From positions 608,001 to 672,000 of the forward strand of contig CAVYQE010000002.1 in the NCBI GenBank assembly GCA_963770565.1: DNA of 64,000 bases. Direction: 5' to 3'. Shown piece by piece: positions 1-9,769 of the stretch (positions are counted from its first letter, which is position 1; every line of letters begins with the position of its first letter). The DNA comes from an uncultured Actinomycetota bacterium (GTDB taxonomy: Bacteria > Actinomycetota > Actinomycetes > JAFAQI01). The notes beneath the pieces were generated by a model. That model saw only the letters and a program-made list of their open reading frames with translations. It was not told the origin of the DNA and searched no databases. The position numbers and the translations under genes are program-made.

Positions 1-428
1 AACGCGATCGTCAACGACGTGGTGTTGCGCACTCGTACGACGGCGATGGCGCTACGCGAGGCCTGCTGGAACTTGTTGCCGGCAAACGCGAGGACGTAGC
101 GGGTGGTGACCGATGGGCTGACCTGGAAACCGACGCCGCCGTGCGCCCCGGTGCGGTGCACCGCCTCCTTGGTCCAAGCGGTGCTGCCCTGCGGCTTGTC
201 GAGCAGGACGATGCGGTGGCCGGCGACATGGCCGTCGCGAGCCTGGAGCACGCCGCTGATCAGGTCGCCGCCACCGGGGTTGATGCTGCCGTGGGCGACG
301 CGGATCGACAGCGAGGTATGCGCCTTGGGCGAAGCGGATGCTGCCCCCGCAACCAGCACCACACCACTGAACGCAGCAACGGCGACCGCCATTGCCGCCG
401 CCGTTCGGCGAGGAAGGGTCATCGTCAT
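1..428 (-). CDS. Secreted hypothetical protein with beta-rich (Ig-like) modules; 3' end truncated by window edge
   Basis: Manual translation (not in ORF track): MTMTLPRRTAAAMAVAVAAFSGVVLVAGAASASPKAHTSLSIRVAHGSINPGGGDLISGVL...RYVLAFAGNKFQQASRS; signal-peptide-like N-terminus; AAAGGGAA upstream of ATG; frame open to base 1. Confidence 0.7.
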   Translation of the reverse strand, partial: MTMTLPRRTAAAMAVAVAAFSGVVLVAGAASASPKAHTSLSIRVAHGSINPGGGDLISGVLQARDGHVAGHRIVLLDKPQGSTAWTKEAVHRTGAHGGVGFQVSPSVTTRYVLAFAGNKFQQASRSAIAVVRVRNTTSLTIA

Positions 429-573
429 CGGGTTCCCTTTCTTGGACATGCCCCGCAGGGCCGGATCGTGCATCACCAGAGACAGCGGATCGGCCCGCCG
501 ATCTGTTACACCGCGCTCGGGGCACGCTCATCGGTGCCGTAGCGTCATTGCCCGTGACGACGGGATCGGACCG

Positions 574-1104
574 GTGACGCTGACCTTCCGCGATGCGACC
601 CTCGACGACGTCGCGGCCGTTGTTGCGCTCGTGCAGTCGGCCTACCGGGGCGAAGCGAGCCGGGCCGGCTGGACGACCGAAGCGGATCTGCTCGACGGCC
701 AGCGCACCGACCCCGACGACGTGCGCGCGATCATCGACTCGCCGGATTCCAGGATGTTGCTGGGGATGGACGGCGACGCCGGCATCGTTGCCTGCTGCCG
801 GGTGGAACGCAAAGCGGGCGGCTTGTGTCATTTCGGCATGTTTGCGGTCACGCCGACCCGCCAAGCGGGCGGAATCGGCCGCGACATGCTCGCCGAGGCC
901 GAGCGGATCGCCGCGGAGGACTACAGCGCCGACACGATGGAGATGACCGTCATCACGCAGCGCAAGGAGCTGATTGCGTGGTACGAGCGTCGTGGCTACA
1001 CCGCGACGGGCGAGAGCCGGCCGTTCCCCCACCTCGACGAGCGGTTCGGGCAGCCGCGTCGCACTGATCTCGCGTTCGACGTGCTCGTCAAGCCGCTGGC
1101 TTGA
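574..1104 (+). CDS. GNAT family N-acetyltransferase
   Basis: C-terminal part of ORF 103..1104: SAYRGEASRAGWTTEADLLDGQR, FAVTPTRQAGGIG (acetyl-CoA loop), LIAWYERRGY; GTG start inferred. Confidence 0.9.
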   Translation: MTLTFRDATLDDVAAVVALVQSAYRGEASRAGWTTEADLLDGQRTDPDDVRAIIDSPDSRMLLGMDGDAGIVACCRVERKAGGLCHFGMFAVTPTRQAGGIGRDMLAEAERIAAEDYSADTMEMTVITQRKELIAWYERRGYTATGESRPFPHLDERFGQPRRTDLAFDVLVKPLA

Positions 1105-1148
1105 CCAATCCGGCCGGCTCAGAAGATCGCCAAGTACGCTCACCGCGC

Positions 1149-2123
1149 ATGAGCAGCCCGTCGCCGAGCAACTGCGGCTTTGCGGTCGGCGACAGCGACG
1201 TGATGGCGGTCATGCTCGAGCGACGCCGGGCCGGCACAAAACCCGGGTGTCATGACGACGGCAAGCGAGTGGCCCTCGTGATCGAGGGCGGTGGCATGCG
1301 CGGGGTGTACGTCGGCGGGATGGCGCGCGCTCTCGGCGCGCTCGGGCTACGCGACAGCCTCGACGAGATCTTCGCGGTCTCGGCCGGCGCCTTCACCGGC
1401 ACCGGCCTGGTCTGCCGGCGTACCGACCATCTGGCCAGGGCCTACTACGACGACCTCGCGGTCGGCGCGTTCGTCGACTTCGGGCGCATGCTGGCCGGCC
1501 GCGGACCGCTGGTGTCGCTCGATTTCCTCCTCGACACCGTGATGATCGACAAGCACGGCTTCGAGTGGGCGCCTCTGCTCGAGAGCGACCTTCCGCTGCA
1601 TCCGGTGGCCACCGCGCTCGACACGCTGTCGGCGAGCGTGCTGAGCGGCCTGCACACCGCGGACGACTGGCGGCAGGCACTGCTCGCGTCGGCCCGGATC
1701 CCGTATTGGGCCGGCCCGCCGATCGAGCTGCACGGGCGACGCTGGGTCGACGGCTTCGTCACCGACCCGCTTCCGGTCGCCCGCGCGGTCGACGGTGGCG
1801 CCACCCATGTCCTTGCCCTGCTCGCCCGGGCGCCGGAGGAACGGCTCTCTCCGTCGAGCCGGGTCTCGCCGCCGATGCGCGCCCACCTCAACAACCTCGC
1901 GCCCGGCCTGGCATCGGCGATGACGCAGCGCAGTCGCCACCACCAGGACGCGACCGCCTTGATCGCCGGGCTGGTCCGTCGGGGCAGCGGGCGAATCATG
2001 GGCCTGCGGCCGCTGCGCGGCCACGGGATCCGGTCACTGACCAGCAACGTCGCGCGGCTCAAGCTCGGCGGCGACTCCGGCGAGGCCGCCGTACACCGAG
2101 CCGTCGCCCTCGCCACCCCCTAA
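1149..2123 (+). CDS. Patatin-like phospholipase
   Basis: EGGGMRG glycine loop, AVSAG nucleophile elbow, ASARIP, VDGF catalytic Asp motif. Confidence 0.85.
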   Translation: MSSPSPSNCGFAVGDSDVMAVMLERRRAGTKPGCHDDGKRVALVIEGGGMRGVYVGGMARALGALGLRDSLDEIFAVSAGAFTGTGLVCRRTDHLARAYYDDLAVGAFVDFGRMLAGRGPLVSLDFLLDTVMIDKHGFEWAPLLESDLPLHPVATALDTLSASVLSGLHTADDWRQALLASARIPYWAGPPIELHGRRWVDGFVTDPLPVARAVDGGATHVLALLARAPEERLSPSSRVSPPMRAHLNNLAPGLASAMTQRSRHHQDATALIAGLVRRGSGRIMGLRPLRGHGIRSLTSNVARLKLGGDSGEAAVHRAVALATP

Positions 2124-2202
2124 GCAATGTGACATTGCCCCCGCGTTCTCAGGGGTGGAGTCACATTGCCCCCACGAAGTGCGGGGCGATGTGACATTGC
2201 TT
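2122..2202. repeat. 81-bp triple-palindrome dispersed element, copy 1
   Basis: AAGCAATGTGACATTGC...GTGGAGTCACATTGC...GCGATGTGACATTGCTT; same length and layout as 38100-38180 and 56861-56941; between convergent genes. Confidence 0.9.
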
Positions 2203-2214
2203 CGACAACGGGGG

Positions 2215-2721
2215 TCAGCCGCGCGGGACGGTGAAGCTGGTCAGGGTGGCGCCGCCGATGGCCAGCTCCGACCACGGGACCGGTACGTCGAAACAGGCGA
2301 TCCCGCTGGTCTGGAACGCGCGCGCGACCGCGTGGCTGGCCGCCTCGTCGCCTTCTCCATCGTCGAGGCCGCGCGCGAACTCGCCCATCGACGGGTTGTG
2401 CCCGATCAGCGCGAGGGTGCCGATCTCATCCGGGGTTTCGTGCACGATCGCGAGCAGCCCGCCCACGGTGTTGACGTAGATCCGGTGGTCGGCCACCAGC
2501 TCCGGGGTCTGCGCGAGCTCGCCGCTGATCACGTCCCAGGTCTGCCTGGTGCGGGTCGAGGTCGAGACGACGACCCGATCCGGGATCACCGCGGCCGCCG
2601 CCAGCCAGCGAGCCGCTGCGGCCGCATCGACCAAGCCGCGATCGGACAGCGGCCGTCCATGGTCCATCTCGCCGGCGACCGCCTTGGAATGCCGGATCAA
2701 CACCAGCCGTCGTGCCGTCAT
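2215..2721 (-). CDS. SixA-like histidine phosphatase family protein
   Basis: LIRHSKA, RPLSDRG, RTRQT, LIGHNP motifs. Confidence 0.9.
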   Translation of the reverse strand: MTARRLVLIRHSKAVAGEMDHGRPLSDRGLVDAAAAARWLAAAAVIPDRVVVSTSTRTRQTWDVISGELAQTPELVADHRIYVNTVGGLLAIVHETPDEIGTLALIGHNPSMGEFARGLDDGEGDEAASHAVARAFQTSGIACFDVPVPWSELAIGGATLTSFTVPRG

Positions 2722-3785
2722 CCGACCAGCCCTTCCAGCACCGCACAGACCAAGCCGCCCATCGCGGTCAGGTCGTAACCACCTTCCTGGACTGCGACGC
2801 AGGGCGCAACGCCTGCGAGCAGCGCACCGCCGCGGCGGAAGCCGTCGAGGGTGACCTGAAGCGGGCTCTCCGGATCGACCGCGGCCGCATCGACGCCGAG
2901 CGAGAGCACGATCGCATCCGGCCCGAAGCGTTCCACCGCGGCGCGGATCTCGGCCACCGCCGCCAACCAGTGGTCGTCACCGGTGCCGGGCGCGAGCGGC
3001 ACGTTCATCGTCGTCCCTTCACCCTGGCCACGACCGCGTTCGTCGGCAAAGCCCAGATAGTGCGGGAACCAGCCGGCGCCCGGGTCGACGTGCAGCGAGG
3101 CGTAGTAGACGTCGGCCCGGTCGTAGAACACCGACTGTGTGCCGTTGCCGTGGTGCGCGTCGATGTCGACGACCGCGACCCGGGTCGCGCCGCCCTGGAG
3201 CAGGGCCTCGGCCGCAACCGCTGCGTTGTTCAGGTAGCACGACCCGCCGAAGCCGTCCCGGGTCGCGTGATGGCCCGGCGGGCGACACAACCCGTACGCC
3301 ACTTCGGCGCCGGCCGTGACAAGCCGGGCCGCGGTCACCGCGACGTCGACGGCGGCGCGGGCGGCCTCCCAGGTGCCCGGGCCGATCAGGGTCATCGTGT
3401 CGTAGCAGTAGCGCCCGGCGCGGGCGTGCGCCGCGGCCGGCTCGCGGGCCGGCAAGCCGTCGAGCATCGCCGCGGTCGGGAAGACGTACGGCACTACCCG
3501 GTTCTGCCCCGGGTCGTCGGGGAAGCCGGCGGCCACCCACCGGTCCCATGCGCCCGCCAGATAGCCGAGCAGCTCGACGCTGTGCACCCGCTGCAACAAC
3601 GCGTCATCGCAACGCTCGGCGACGACCTGCTCGGCTCCTGCGGCAGCGGTCGCGGCCCGCACCACCTCGACCCGCTCGGGCAGCTCGGTGCCCGGTGTCC
3701 GTACGCCGACCCAGATCTCGGCGTCCGGCAGGTGCCGCAGGCAGTCGTCACTGCTCACGACCGGAACCGGCAAGGTCATGGTCAA
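2718..3785 (-). CDS. Histone deacetylase family / acetylpolyamine amidohydrolase-like
   Basis: RPPGHHA, GSCYLNNAA, DIDAHHGNGTQ, SLGVDA, QEGGY; overlaps next gene by 4 nt. Confidence 0.9.
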   Translation of the reverse strand: MTMTLPVPVVSSDDCLRHLPDAEIWVGVRTPGTELPERVEVVRAATAAAGAEQVVAERCDDALLQRVHSVELLGYLAGAWDRWVAAGFPDDPGQNRVVPYVFPTAAMLDGLPAREPAAAHARAGRYCYDTMTLIGPGTWEAARAAVDVAVTAARLVTAGAEVAYGLCRPPGHHATRDGFGGSCYLNNAAVAAEALLQGGATRVAVVDIDAHHGNGTQSVFYDRADVYYASLHVDPGAGWFPHYLGFADERGRGQGEGTTMNVPLAPGTGDDHWLAAVAEIRAAVERFGPDAIVLSLGVDAAAVDPESPLQVTLDGFRRGGALLAGVAPCVAVQEGGYDLTAMGGLVCAVLEGLVG

Positions 3786-3814
3786 CGACCCCTTCTGACG
3801 GCATGCTGGGCGGC

Positions 3815-4900
3815 GTGCGTGTTGCTGACTTGGGAATCAGTATCGGCCAGCTCCCCACCGGCCCGACGAACTCGGTGCTCGATGTGCCGAACGTCGGGTT
3901 CGGTCACGCCACGATCTGGCGCGACGACCCGGACCCGCCGGACGGCGACGGCACTGCCCGCACCGGCGTGACCGTGCTGGATCTCGGCGGCAACGCCTTC
4001 ACCGCACCGATCCCGGCCGGGGCCGCGGTCTTGAACGGCTGCGGGGAGTGCACCGGGATCACGCCGATCAACGAGTGCGGCGCGATCGAGACCCCGATCT
4101 TCCTCACCTCGACGATGCAGCTGGGTCGGGTGTACGACGCGGCGATCGAGATCCTGGTCGGCGAGGAGCCCGAGATCGGCGTCGTCGACGTCACCATTCC
4201 GGTCGTCGCCGAGTGCGACGACAGCTTCCTGTCCGACCCCCGCCGGGTGCGGGTCACGGTCGACGACGTCCGGGCGGCGCTCGTCCAGGCCCGAGCCTCG
4301 GCCGGTGGCACGGCGTTTGCCGAGGGCGCGGTGGGCTCCGGCACCGGGATGAGCGCGCTGGGCTACAAAGGTGGCATTGGCACCGCCTCGCGGGTACTAC
4401 CGGACGGTCACACGGTCGGCGTGCTCACGATGACGAACTTCGGCGATCGGCACCGGTTGACCGTGGGCGGTGTGCCGGTCGGTCGGCTGCTCCCCGATCC
4501 GGGCGACAGCGGGCCGCCTCGGCCGCCGGGCTCGTGCATCGTGGTCGTCGTCACCGACGCGCCGATCGACCCCGACGGGTGCGAGCGGCTGGCGCGCCGC
4601 GCCGGTCTCGGACTGGCCCGGGTCGGCAGCACCGCCTCCAACGGCTCGGGTGAAATCTTCCTCGCCGCCGCGACCGGCCTCCGTGCCCCGCGCGGCGCCC
4701 CGCCGGCCGGGATCCCGTTGACCGGTCGCACCCTGGACCCGTATTTCGAAGCGGTCGTCGACACCACCGAGGAGGCCGCACTCAACAGCCTGCTCGCGGC
4801 AACCACGGTCGTCGGGCGGGAGGGAAACACCTCACACGGATTGCCGTTCGACGACGTACGACGGCTTGTCGCTGCCGCCCAGCCGGGTGCGCATGGCTGA
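3815..4900 (+). CDS. Peptidase family S58/P1 (DmpA-like aminopeptidase)
   Basis: GPTNSVLDVPNVGFGH, ARTGVT, AECDDSFL, EGAVGSGTGM, KGGIGTASR, SNGSGE; start 3815 or 3803. Confidence 0.9.
   Translation: MRVADLGISIGQLPTGPTNSVLDVPNVGFGHATIWRDDPDPPDGDGTARTGVTVLDLGGNAFTAPIPAGAAVLNGCGECTGITPINECGAIETPIFLTSTMQLGRVYDAAIEILVGEEPEIGVVDVTIPVVAECDDSFLSDPRRVRVTVDDVRAALVQARASAGGTAFAEGAVGSGTGMSALGYKGGIGTASRVLPDGHTVGVLTMTNFGDRHRLTVGGVPVGRLLPDPGDSGPPRPPGSCIVVVVTDAPIDPDGCERLARRAGLGLARVGSTASNGSGEIFLAAATGLRAPRGAPPAGIPLTGRTLDPYFEAVVDTTEEAALNSLLAATTVVGREGNTSHGLPFDDVRRLVAAAQPGAHG
3822..3843. promoter_or_regulatory. Putative TetR operator embedded in first codons of the S58 peptidase gene
   Basis: TTGCTGACT-TGGG-AATCAGTAT resembles TTACTGACT-CGCT-AGTCAGTAA at 11431-11452. 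Confidence 0.5.
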
Positions 4901-6821
4901 GGGTCGAACCGAGTCGGCCTGGATCCCGATGGGCGACGGCGCCCGGCTCGCCGCGACCTTCTACCTACCGGCCGGCGACGCGCCCGCGGCGGCGATCCTC
5001 GAGGCGCTGCCTTATCGCAAGGACGATCTCACCGCCGGATACCGACCCGAATACGTCCGGCTGCGGGACGACTATGCGTACGCCGTTGTGCGGGTCGACG
5101 TGCGAGGCACCGGGTCGTCGAACGGAATCGCCACCGACGAATACCCGGCGCAGGAGCAGCGCGACTTGTCCGAGGCGATCGCGTGGATCGCCGAGCAACC
5201 GTGGTGCTCCGGCGCGGTCGGCATGTATGGCACGTCCTACAGCGGCTTCAACTCGCTGCACCTGGCGGCGGTTCGCCCGCCCGCGCTGAAGGCGATCATC
5301 GCGATCTACGCCAGTGACGACCGCTACACCGACGACGTCCATTACATGGGTGGCCTGTTGCGGGTGCTCGACCTCGTGGACTACCCGACGTACATGGTCG
5401 CGATGAACGCGCTGCCGCCGGTGCCCGCGACGGCCGGCCACACCTGGCGCGACCAGTGGCTCGAGCGAATCGAACGGACCGAGCCTTGGCTCCTGCGGTG
5501 GCTGGAGGAGCAGCGCGACGGCGACTACTGGCGGCAGGGCTCGGTCCGGCCGGCGTACGACCGGATCCAGGCGGCGACGATGCTGGTCGGCGGCTGGGCG
5601 GACGGCTATCGCAACAACACCTTCCGGACCATCGAGGCGCTCGCGGCGGCCGGCGTCCCGCATCGGTTGCTGCTCGGTCCGTGGAGCCACGCCGCGACGA
5701 ATACCGCGCTGCCCGGGCCGCGGATCGACCTGGTGCCCGAGATGGTCCGCTGGTGGGACCGCTGGCTGCGCGATGCCGACAACGGGATCGACGACGAGCC
5801 GCCGATCACCGTCTTCGCCCGGCGGTCGAGCCCGCCCGAGCCCGATCTCGACGAGGTGGCCGGACATTGGCGGAACGAGCCGGGCTGGCCACTCTCGCGT
5901 GCGCGCGCCGACGTGCGCCCGCTCGGCACCGGCCTCGTGACCCACCGGGTGATCCCGGACACCGGCACCGCAGCGTGGATCTCCTGCGCCGGGCACCTGC
6001 CCTGGGGCCAACCCGGCGACCAGCGCCGGGACGACGCGCAGTCCCTGACCTGGGAGTGGCCGGCCGACGATCTCGAGATCCTCGGCCACCCCCGGCTCGC
6101 CGCTCGGGTCGGTGCCGACACTCCGGTGGCGACCCTCGCGGTCCGGCTCTGCGACGTCTTCCCGGACGGCCGCTCGACCCTGATCACCCGCGGCGTGCTC
6201 AACCTGACCCGGCGCGACAGCCTCGAGCACCCGCAACCCCTTCCGGTCGGCGAGCTCGTCGACGTCGAGGTCGAGCTGGAAGCGACCTCGTGGACCTTCG
6301 ATCCCGGACATCGCCTGCGCCTCGCGGTCAGCGGCACCGACTGGCCCAACACCAGCGCGCCGCCCGCGCCGGTCACGCTCACCTTCGATCTCGACGGCTG
6401 CGCGCTGCACCTGCCACGGCTGGACGGCCGGTCGCCCTGCGATCCTCCCCAACTCGTGCCGAGCACTGACGAGCCGCACGAGCCGACCGACGTCGTCTGG
6501 TCGGTGCAGCACGACGTCCTTCGTCGTGAGACCGCCTGCGTCGTCGAGCACGGATCGACGTACGACGAGGCCGGCGTGACCTGCACGGAGCACTACACCG
6601 GCCGGGTCAGCGTCGACACCCGGACCTTCGCGCAACAGATCGAGGCAACCGCGAGCTTCCGGCTGGTCTGGCCCGAGGCAACCGTGAGCAGCCGGGCCGA
6701 GCTGCGGGTCACCGCGACCGCGACCGATTTCGAGGTCGATCTCACCCTGACCTGTCTCGACGGCGAGGACGTCGCCGCGAAGCGGGAATGGCACCGCGTG
6801 ATTCCGCGGGACCTCGGATGA
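4893..6821 (+). CDS. CocE/NonD family hydrolase (S15-like)
   Basis: PYRKDD, DVRGTGSSNG, GMYGTSYSG nucleophile, GGWADGY, GPWSH, PepX_C-like C-terminal region. Confidence 0.92.
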   Translation: MAEGRTESAWIPMGDGARLAATFYLPAGDAPAAAILEALPYRKDDLTAGYRPEYVRLRDDYAYAVVRVDVRGTGSSNGIATDEYPAQEQRDLSEAIAWIAEQPWCSGAVGMYGTSYSGFNSLHLAAVRPPALKAIIAIYASDDRYTDDVHYMGGLLRVLDLVDYPTYMVAMNALPPVPATAGHTWRDQWLERIERTEPWLLRWLEEQRDGDYWRQGSVRPAYDRIQAATMLVGGWADGYRNNTFRTIEALAAAGVPHRLLLGPWSHAATNTALPGPRIDLVPEMVRWWDRWLRDADNGIDDEPPITVFARRSSPPEPDLDEVAGHWRNEPGWPLSRARADVRPLGTGLVTHRVIPDTGTAAWISCAGHLPWGQPGDQRRDDAQSLTWEWPADDLEILGHPRLAARVGADTPVATLAVRLCDVFPDGRSTLITRGVLNLTRRDSLEHPQPLPVGELVDVEVELEATSWTFDPGHRLRLAVSGTDWPNTSAPPAPVTLTFDLDGCALHLPRLDGRSPCDPPQLVPSTDEPHEPTDVVWSVQHDVLRRETACVVEHGSTYDEAGVTCTEHYTGRVSVDTRTFAQQIEATASFRLVWPEATVSSRAELRVTATATDFEVDLTLTCLDGEDVAAKREWHRVIPRDLG

Positions 6822-6840
6822 GCCGGGCGGTGATGGCGCC

Positions 6841-7449
6841 TTGGCGGTGAGGCAGGCGGTCAGCGTCCGCCGCGAGGAGATCCTGCGCGCGGCGGTCGAG
6901 CAGATCACCGAGCGCGGCTTCAGCAACACCCGCGTTGTCGATGTCGCCAAAGCGCTGAACGTCAGCACGGCGCTCGTCTTCTACCACTTCGAGTCGAAGG
7001 ACCGGTTGCTCTCGGAGGCCTTCAGCTATGCCGCCGAGCGCGACTTGGAGCAGCTCGACCGGATCAGGTCGTCACGCACCTCAGCGGTACGACGGCTCAG
7101 CCGGATCCTCGGGTTGTACGGGCCGGGCAGCGCGCCGACCCAGGCCTGGCCGCTGTGGATCGATGCCTGGGCCGCCGCGTTGCGGGTGCCCGAGCTGCAG
7201 GTCGTCTCGCGCCGCCTCGACGTGCACTGGAAGGACATCGTCGCCGCGGTGATCGCCGAAGGGGCCGCATCCGGCGAGTTCATCTGCGCGGATCCGGTCG
7301 GCGCCGCGTGGCGGATTATCGCGGTTGTCGACGGGCTGGCGATCCAGTCCACCGTGCACGCCGGCCTGATCGCCCGACCCACGATGATGCGCTGGATCCG
7401 CCAGGTCGCGGCGGCCGAGCTAGGGATCGCCGAGGAAACCCTGCGCTGA
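6841..7449 (+). CDS. TetR family regulator with BetI-like C-terminal domain
   Basis: HTH RVVDVAKALNVSTALVFYHFESKD; VVDGLAI C-terminal motif. Confidence 0.9.
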   Translation: MAVRQAVSVRREEILRAAVEQITERGFSNTRVVDVAKALNVSTALVFYHFESKDRLLSEAFSYAAERDLEQLDRIRSSRTSAVRRLSRILGLYGPGSAPTQAWPLWIDAWAAALRVPELQVVSRRLDVHWKDIVAAVIAEGAASGEFICADPVGAAWRIIAVVDGLAIQSTVHAGLIARPTMMRWIRQVAAAELGIAEETLR

Positions 7450-7461
7450 GAGTTGCGGCGG

Positions 7462-8634
7462 TCAGACCAGCCAGCTCGGCGGAAAATCGGGGTCGGTCAT
7501 CGCTACCCGGTCGAGACCGAATGCGCCGATGTCGCTCGTCGTGGTGCCGTCGACCGCGAGGTCGGCGAGGATCCGCCCGAACGTCGGCGTGAACTTGAAC
7601 CCGTGCCCGGCGCCCAGACCGACGATCACCTCCGGATGGTCGGACAGCGCGCCCATGACGAAGTCGCGATCCGGGGTGAGGGTGTAGAGGCAGGTCACGG
7701 TTCGCAGCACCCGCTCGGCGCTGCCGGGAAAGGTCCGGCCCATGAAGTCGGTCAGCTGCCGCAGGTTGGCCGGCTCCGCCTCGAAGTTGCGGGCGGTCGC
7801 GGTCGTGATCGCGCCACCGACGTCCTGGCCGGCCTTGACCTCGGCTGCGCCGTACGTCGGAAACCCGTAGAAGCTCGGCTCGTCCATCCAGATCCACACC
7901 GGGAACCGGCCGGGCGCGAACGCTTCCGCATCGTCGGGCTCGAAGTAGGTGACCTGTTCCTGGGTGACGGTCAGCGGGAGAGCTGCGCCGAGGCCGGCGA
8001 GGACATCGTTTGTCCACGCATCGGCGGTGACGACGACCCGGCTGCAGCGCAACGGCCCTGAGTCGGTCTCGATCTCGACGCCGTCGGGACCGGCCCCGAC
8101 CACCCGGGCCGAGACCCCGGACCGCAACTCGGCTCCGTTCCGGGCCGCGAGCCGCTGCAGCGTGGACACCGTCCGCGCGGCATGCACGATGCCGGTGTCG
8201 GCCTGGTAGATCGCCTGGCCACCCGCCGGCAGGCGCACCCGCGGCCAGCGATCCGTGACCTGTGCCGGGGTGAGCACTTCAAACGGAACGTCGCAGGCAG
8301 CCAGGCTGTCGACGTAGTCGGCCATCGGGATCGCCGGATCCGGCGGGAACAGGTCGATCCCGCCGGTGATCGTGACCAGCGGCTCGCCCGCGGCTGCGGA
8401 CAGCAGGCTCCAGTCGTCGTACGCCTCGCCGGCCAGTTGGACGTAGGCCGGGGTGTGGTAGCTGCGGCGCAGGATTCGCGACGTGTCGTGCGACGCCCCA
8501 CGATGGTGACCGAGTTCGAACTGCTCGAAGCCCACGACTTGCTGCCCTCGGGCGGCGAGCTCGTACGCGGTCGCGCTGCCGAGAGCGCCGAGACCGATCA
8601 CGGCGAAGTCGACGTCGTACTCGGCCGGGCTCAT
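7462..8634 (-). CDS. solA: N-methyl-L-tryptophan oxidase / monomeric sarcosine oxidase family
   Basis: IGLGALGS, GASHDTSRILR, CLYTLTPDRDF (covalent-FAD Cys), GHGFKF; ATG overlaps Rieske stop. Confidence 0.85.
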   Translation of the reverse strand: MSPAEYDVDFAVIGLGALGSATAYELAARGQQVVGFEQFELGHHRGASHDTSRILRRSYHTPAYVQLAGEAYDDWSLLSAAAGEPLVTITGGIDLFPPDPAIPMADYVDSLAACDVPFEVLTPAQVTDRWPRVRLPAGGQAIYQADTGIVHAARTVSTLQRLAARNGAELRSGVSARVVGAGPDGVEIETDSGPLRCSRVVVTADAWTNDVLAGLGAALPLTVTQEQVTYFEPDDAEAFAPGRFPVWIWMDEPSFYGFPTYGAAEVKAGQDVGGAITTATARNFEAEPANLRQLTDFMGRTFPGSAERVLRTVTCLYTLTPDRDFVMGALSDHPEVIVGLGAGHGFKFTPTFGRILADLAVDGTTTSDIGAFGLDRVAMTDPDFPPSWLV

Positions 8635-9752
8635 TCCGCCAGCGCCGCTGGGTCGAGGCGCGAGAGCAACCAGCGCCTGATGTCGAGGCTCTCGTCCTCC
8701 ATTGGAGCGAACCAGCCCTGCACATAGCCGCGAGACGACATGCCGCGCTGCACCGACTCGCACACCGTCCAGTCCTGCCGGTTGACGACGTCCCAGAAGT
8801 CGGCCGCGTCCGACGGGTCGAAGCCGGGTCTGTCGACCTCGTCCGCGGCGAAGAGCAGGTCGCAGTCGATCCGGGTCCGGTCGGTCGCGACCGGGCGCAA
8901 CGTGAAGGCCGCCACATGATCCGCCGACAGCGACAACATGAGGTTCGGATAGACCAACTCGCCCTTGTGACGCACCCGCTCGTCGTCGTCGAGGCCGGGG
9001 AACGGCGCCCGGTCCGACGTACCCGTCGCGGTGAACGTCCAGGCGCCGTCTCGATGCGGGATGCCGTTCTCCCACTCCAGGTTCTGGCCGCCGTGCGCGA
9101 AGGCCGGCACCAGCCGGCACAGTTCAGGATGCACGCCTGCACAGTGGTAGCACTCGTTGTAGTTCTCGCAGATCAGCTTCCAGTTGGCCGCGACGTCGTA
9201 CTGCAAGCGACGACCGAGCTTCAGCTCGGCGAGCGGGTAGCGCGCCAACCGCTGCGCCACCGGGCCGATCTGATCCGCGAGCGGGGTCGCCGAGTCCGGG
9301 GTCAGATGGACGAAGACGAAACCGCCCCAGACGTCGACACCGACCGACCGCAAGCCGAACTCCTCCGGCGCGAAGTCGTCGACGTCCTCGGTGTGTGGCG
9401 CGCGCAGGAGCCGGCCATCGAGGTCGTAGGTCCACGAGTGGTACGGGCAGCGGATCGCCTTGGCCGCACAGGTCGACGGCACCGGGTCGTCGGGGCCGGC
9501 GAGGAACAGCTGCGAGCCGCGGTGCCGGCAGACGTTGTAGTGGCCGACCAATCGTCCCTGCGACGTCCGTACGACGAGCACGCTCTCGCCGAGCACATCG
9601 ATCACGGCGACCCGACCTGGCTGATCGACACCGAGCTCATCGAGACGCCCGACACAGTTCCATTCGCGCGCGAGCACCCGGTCGACCTCGACGCCGTACG
9701 CCGCCGGGTCGACGTAGTGCTCCTTGCTCAGCGCGGGCTGCAGGCTGGCCAT
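8631..9752 (-). CDS. Rieske non-heme iron oxygenase alpha subunit (GbcA/choline monooxygenase/stachydrine demethylase-like group)
   Basis: NVCRHRG...CPYHSWTY Rieske ligands; NWKLICENYNECYHCAGVH iron site; QDWTVCESVQRG. Confidence 0.9.
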   Translation of the reverse strand: MASLQPALSKEHYVDPAAYGVEVDRVLAREWNCVGRLDELGVDQPGRVAVIDVLGESVLVVRTSQGRLVGHYNVCRHRGSQLFLAGPDDPVPSTCAAKAIRCPYHSWTYDLDGRLLRAPHTEDVDDFAPEEFGLRSVGVDVWGGFVFVHLTPDSATPLADQIGPVAQRLARYPLAELKLGRRLQYDVAANWKLICENYNECYHCAGVHPELCRLVPAFAHGGQNLEWENGIPHRDGAWTFTATGTSDRAPFPGLDDDERVRHKGELVYPNLMLSLSADHVAAFTLRPVATDRTRIDCDLLFAADEVDRPGFDPSDAADFWDVVNRQDWTVCESVQRGMSSRGYVQGWFAPMEDESLDIRRWLLSRLDPAALAE

Positions 9753-9769
9753 GACTCAGTGTCCCGCGG

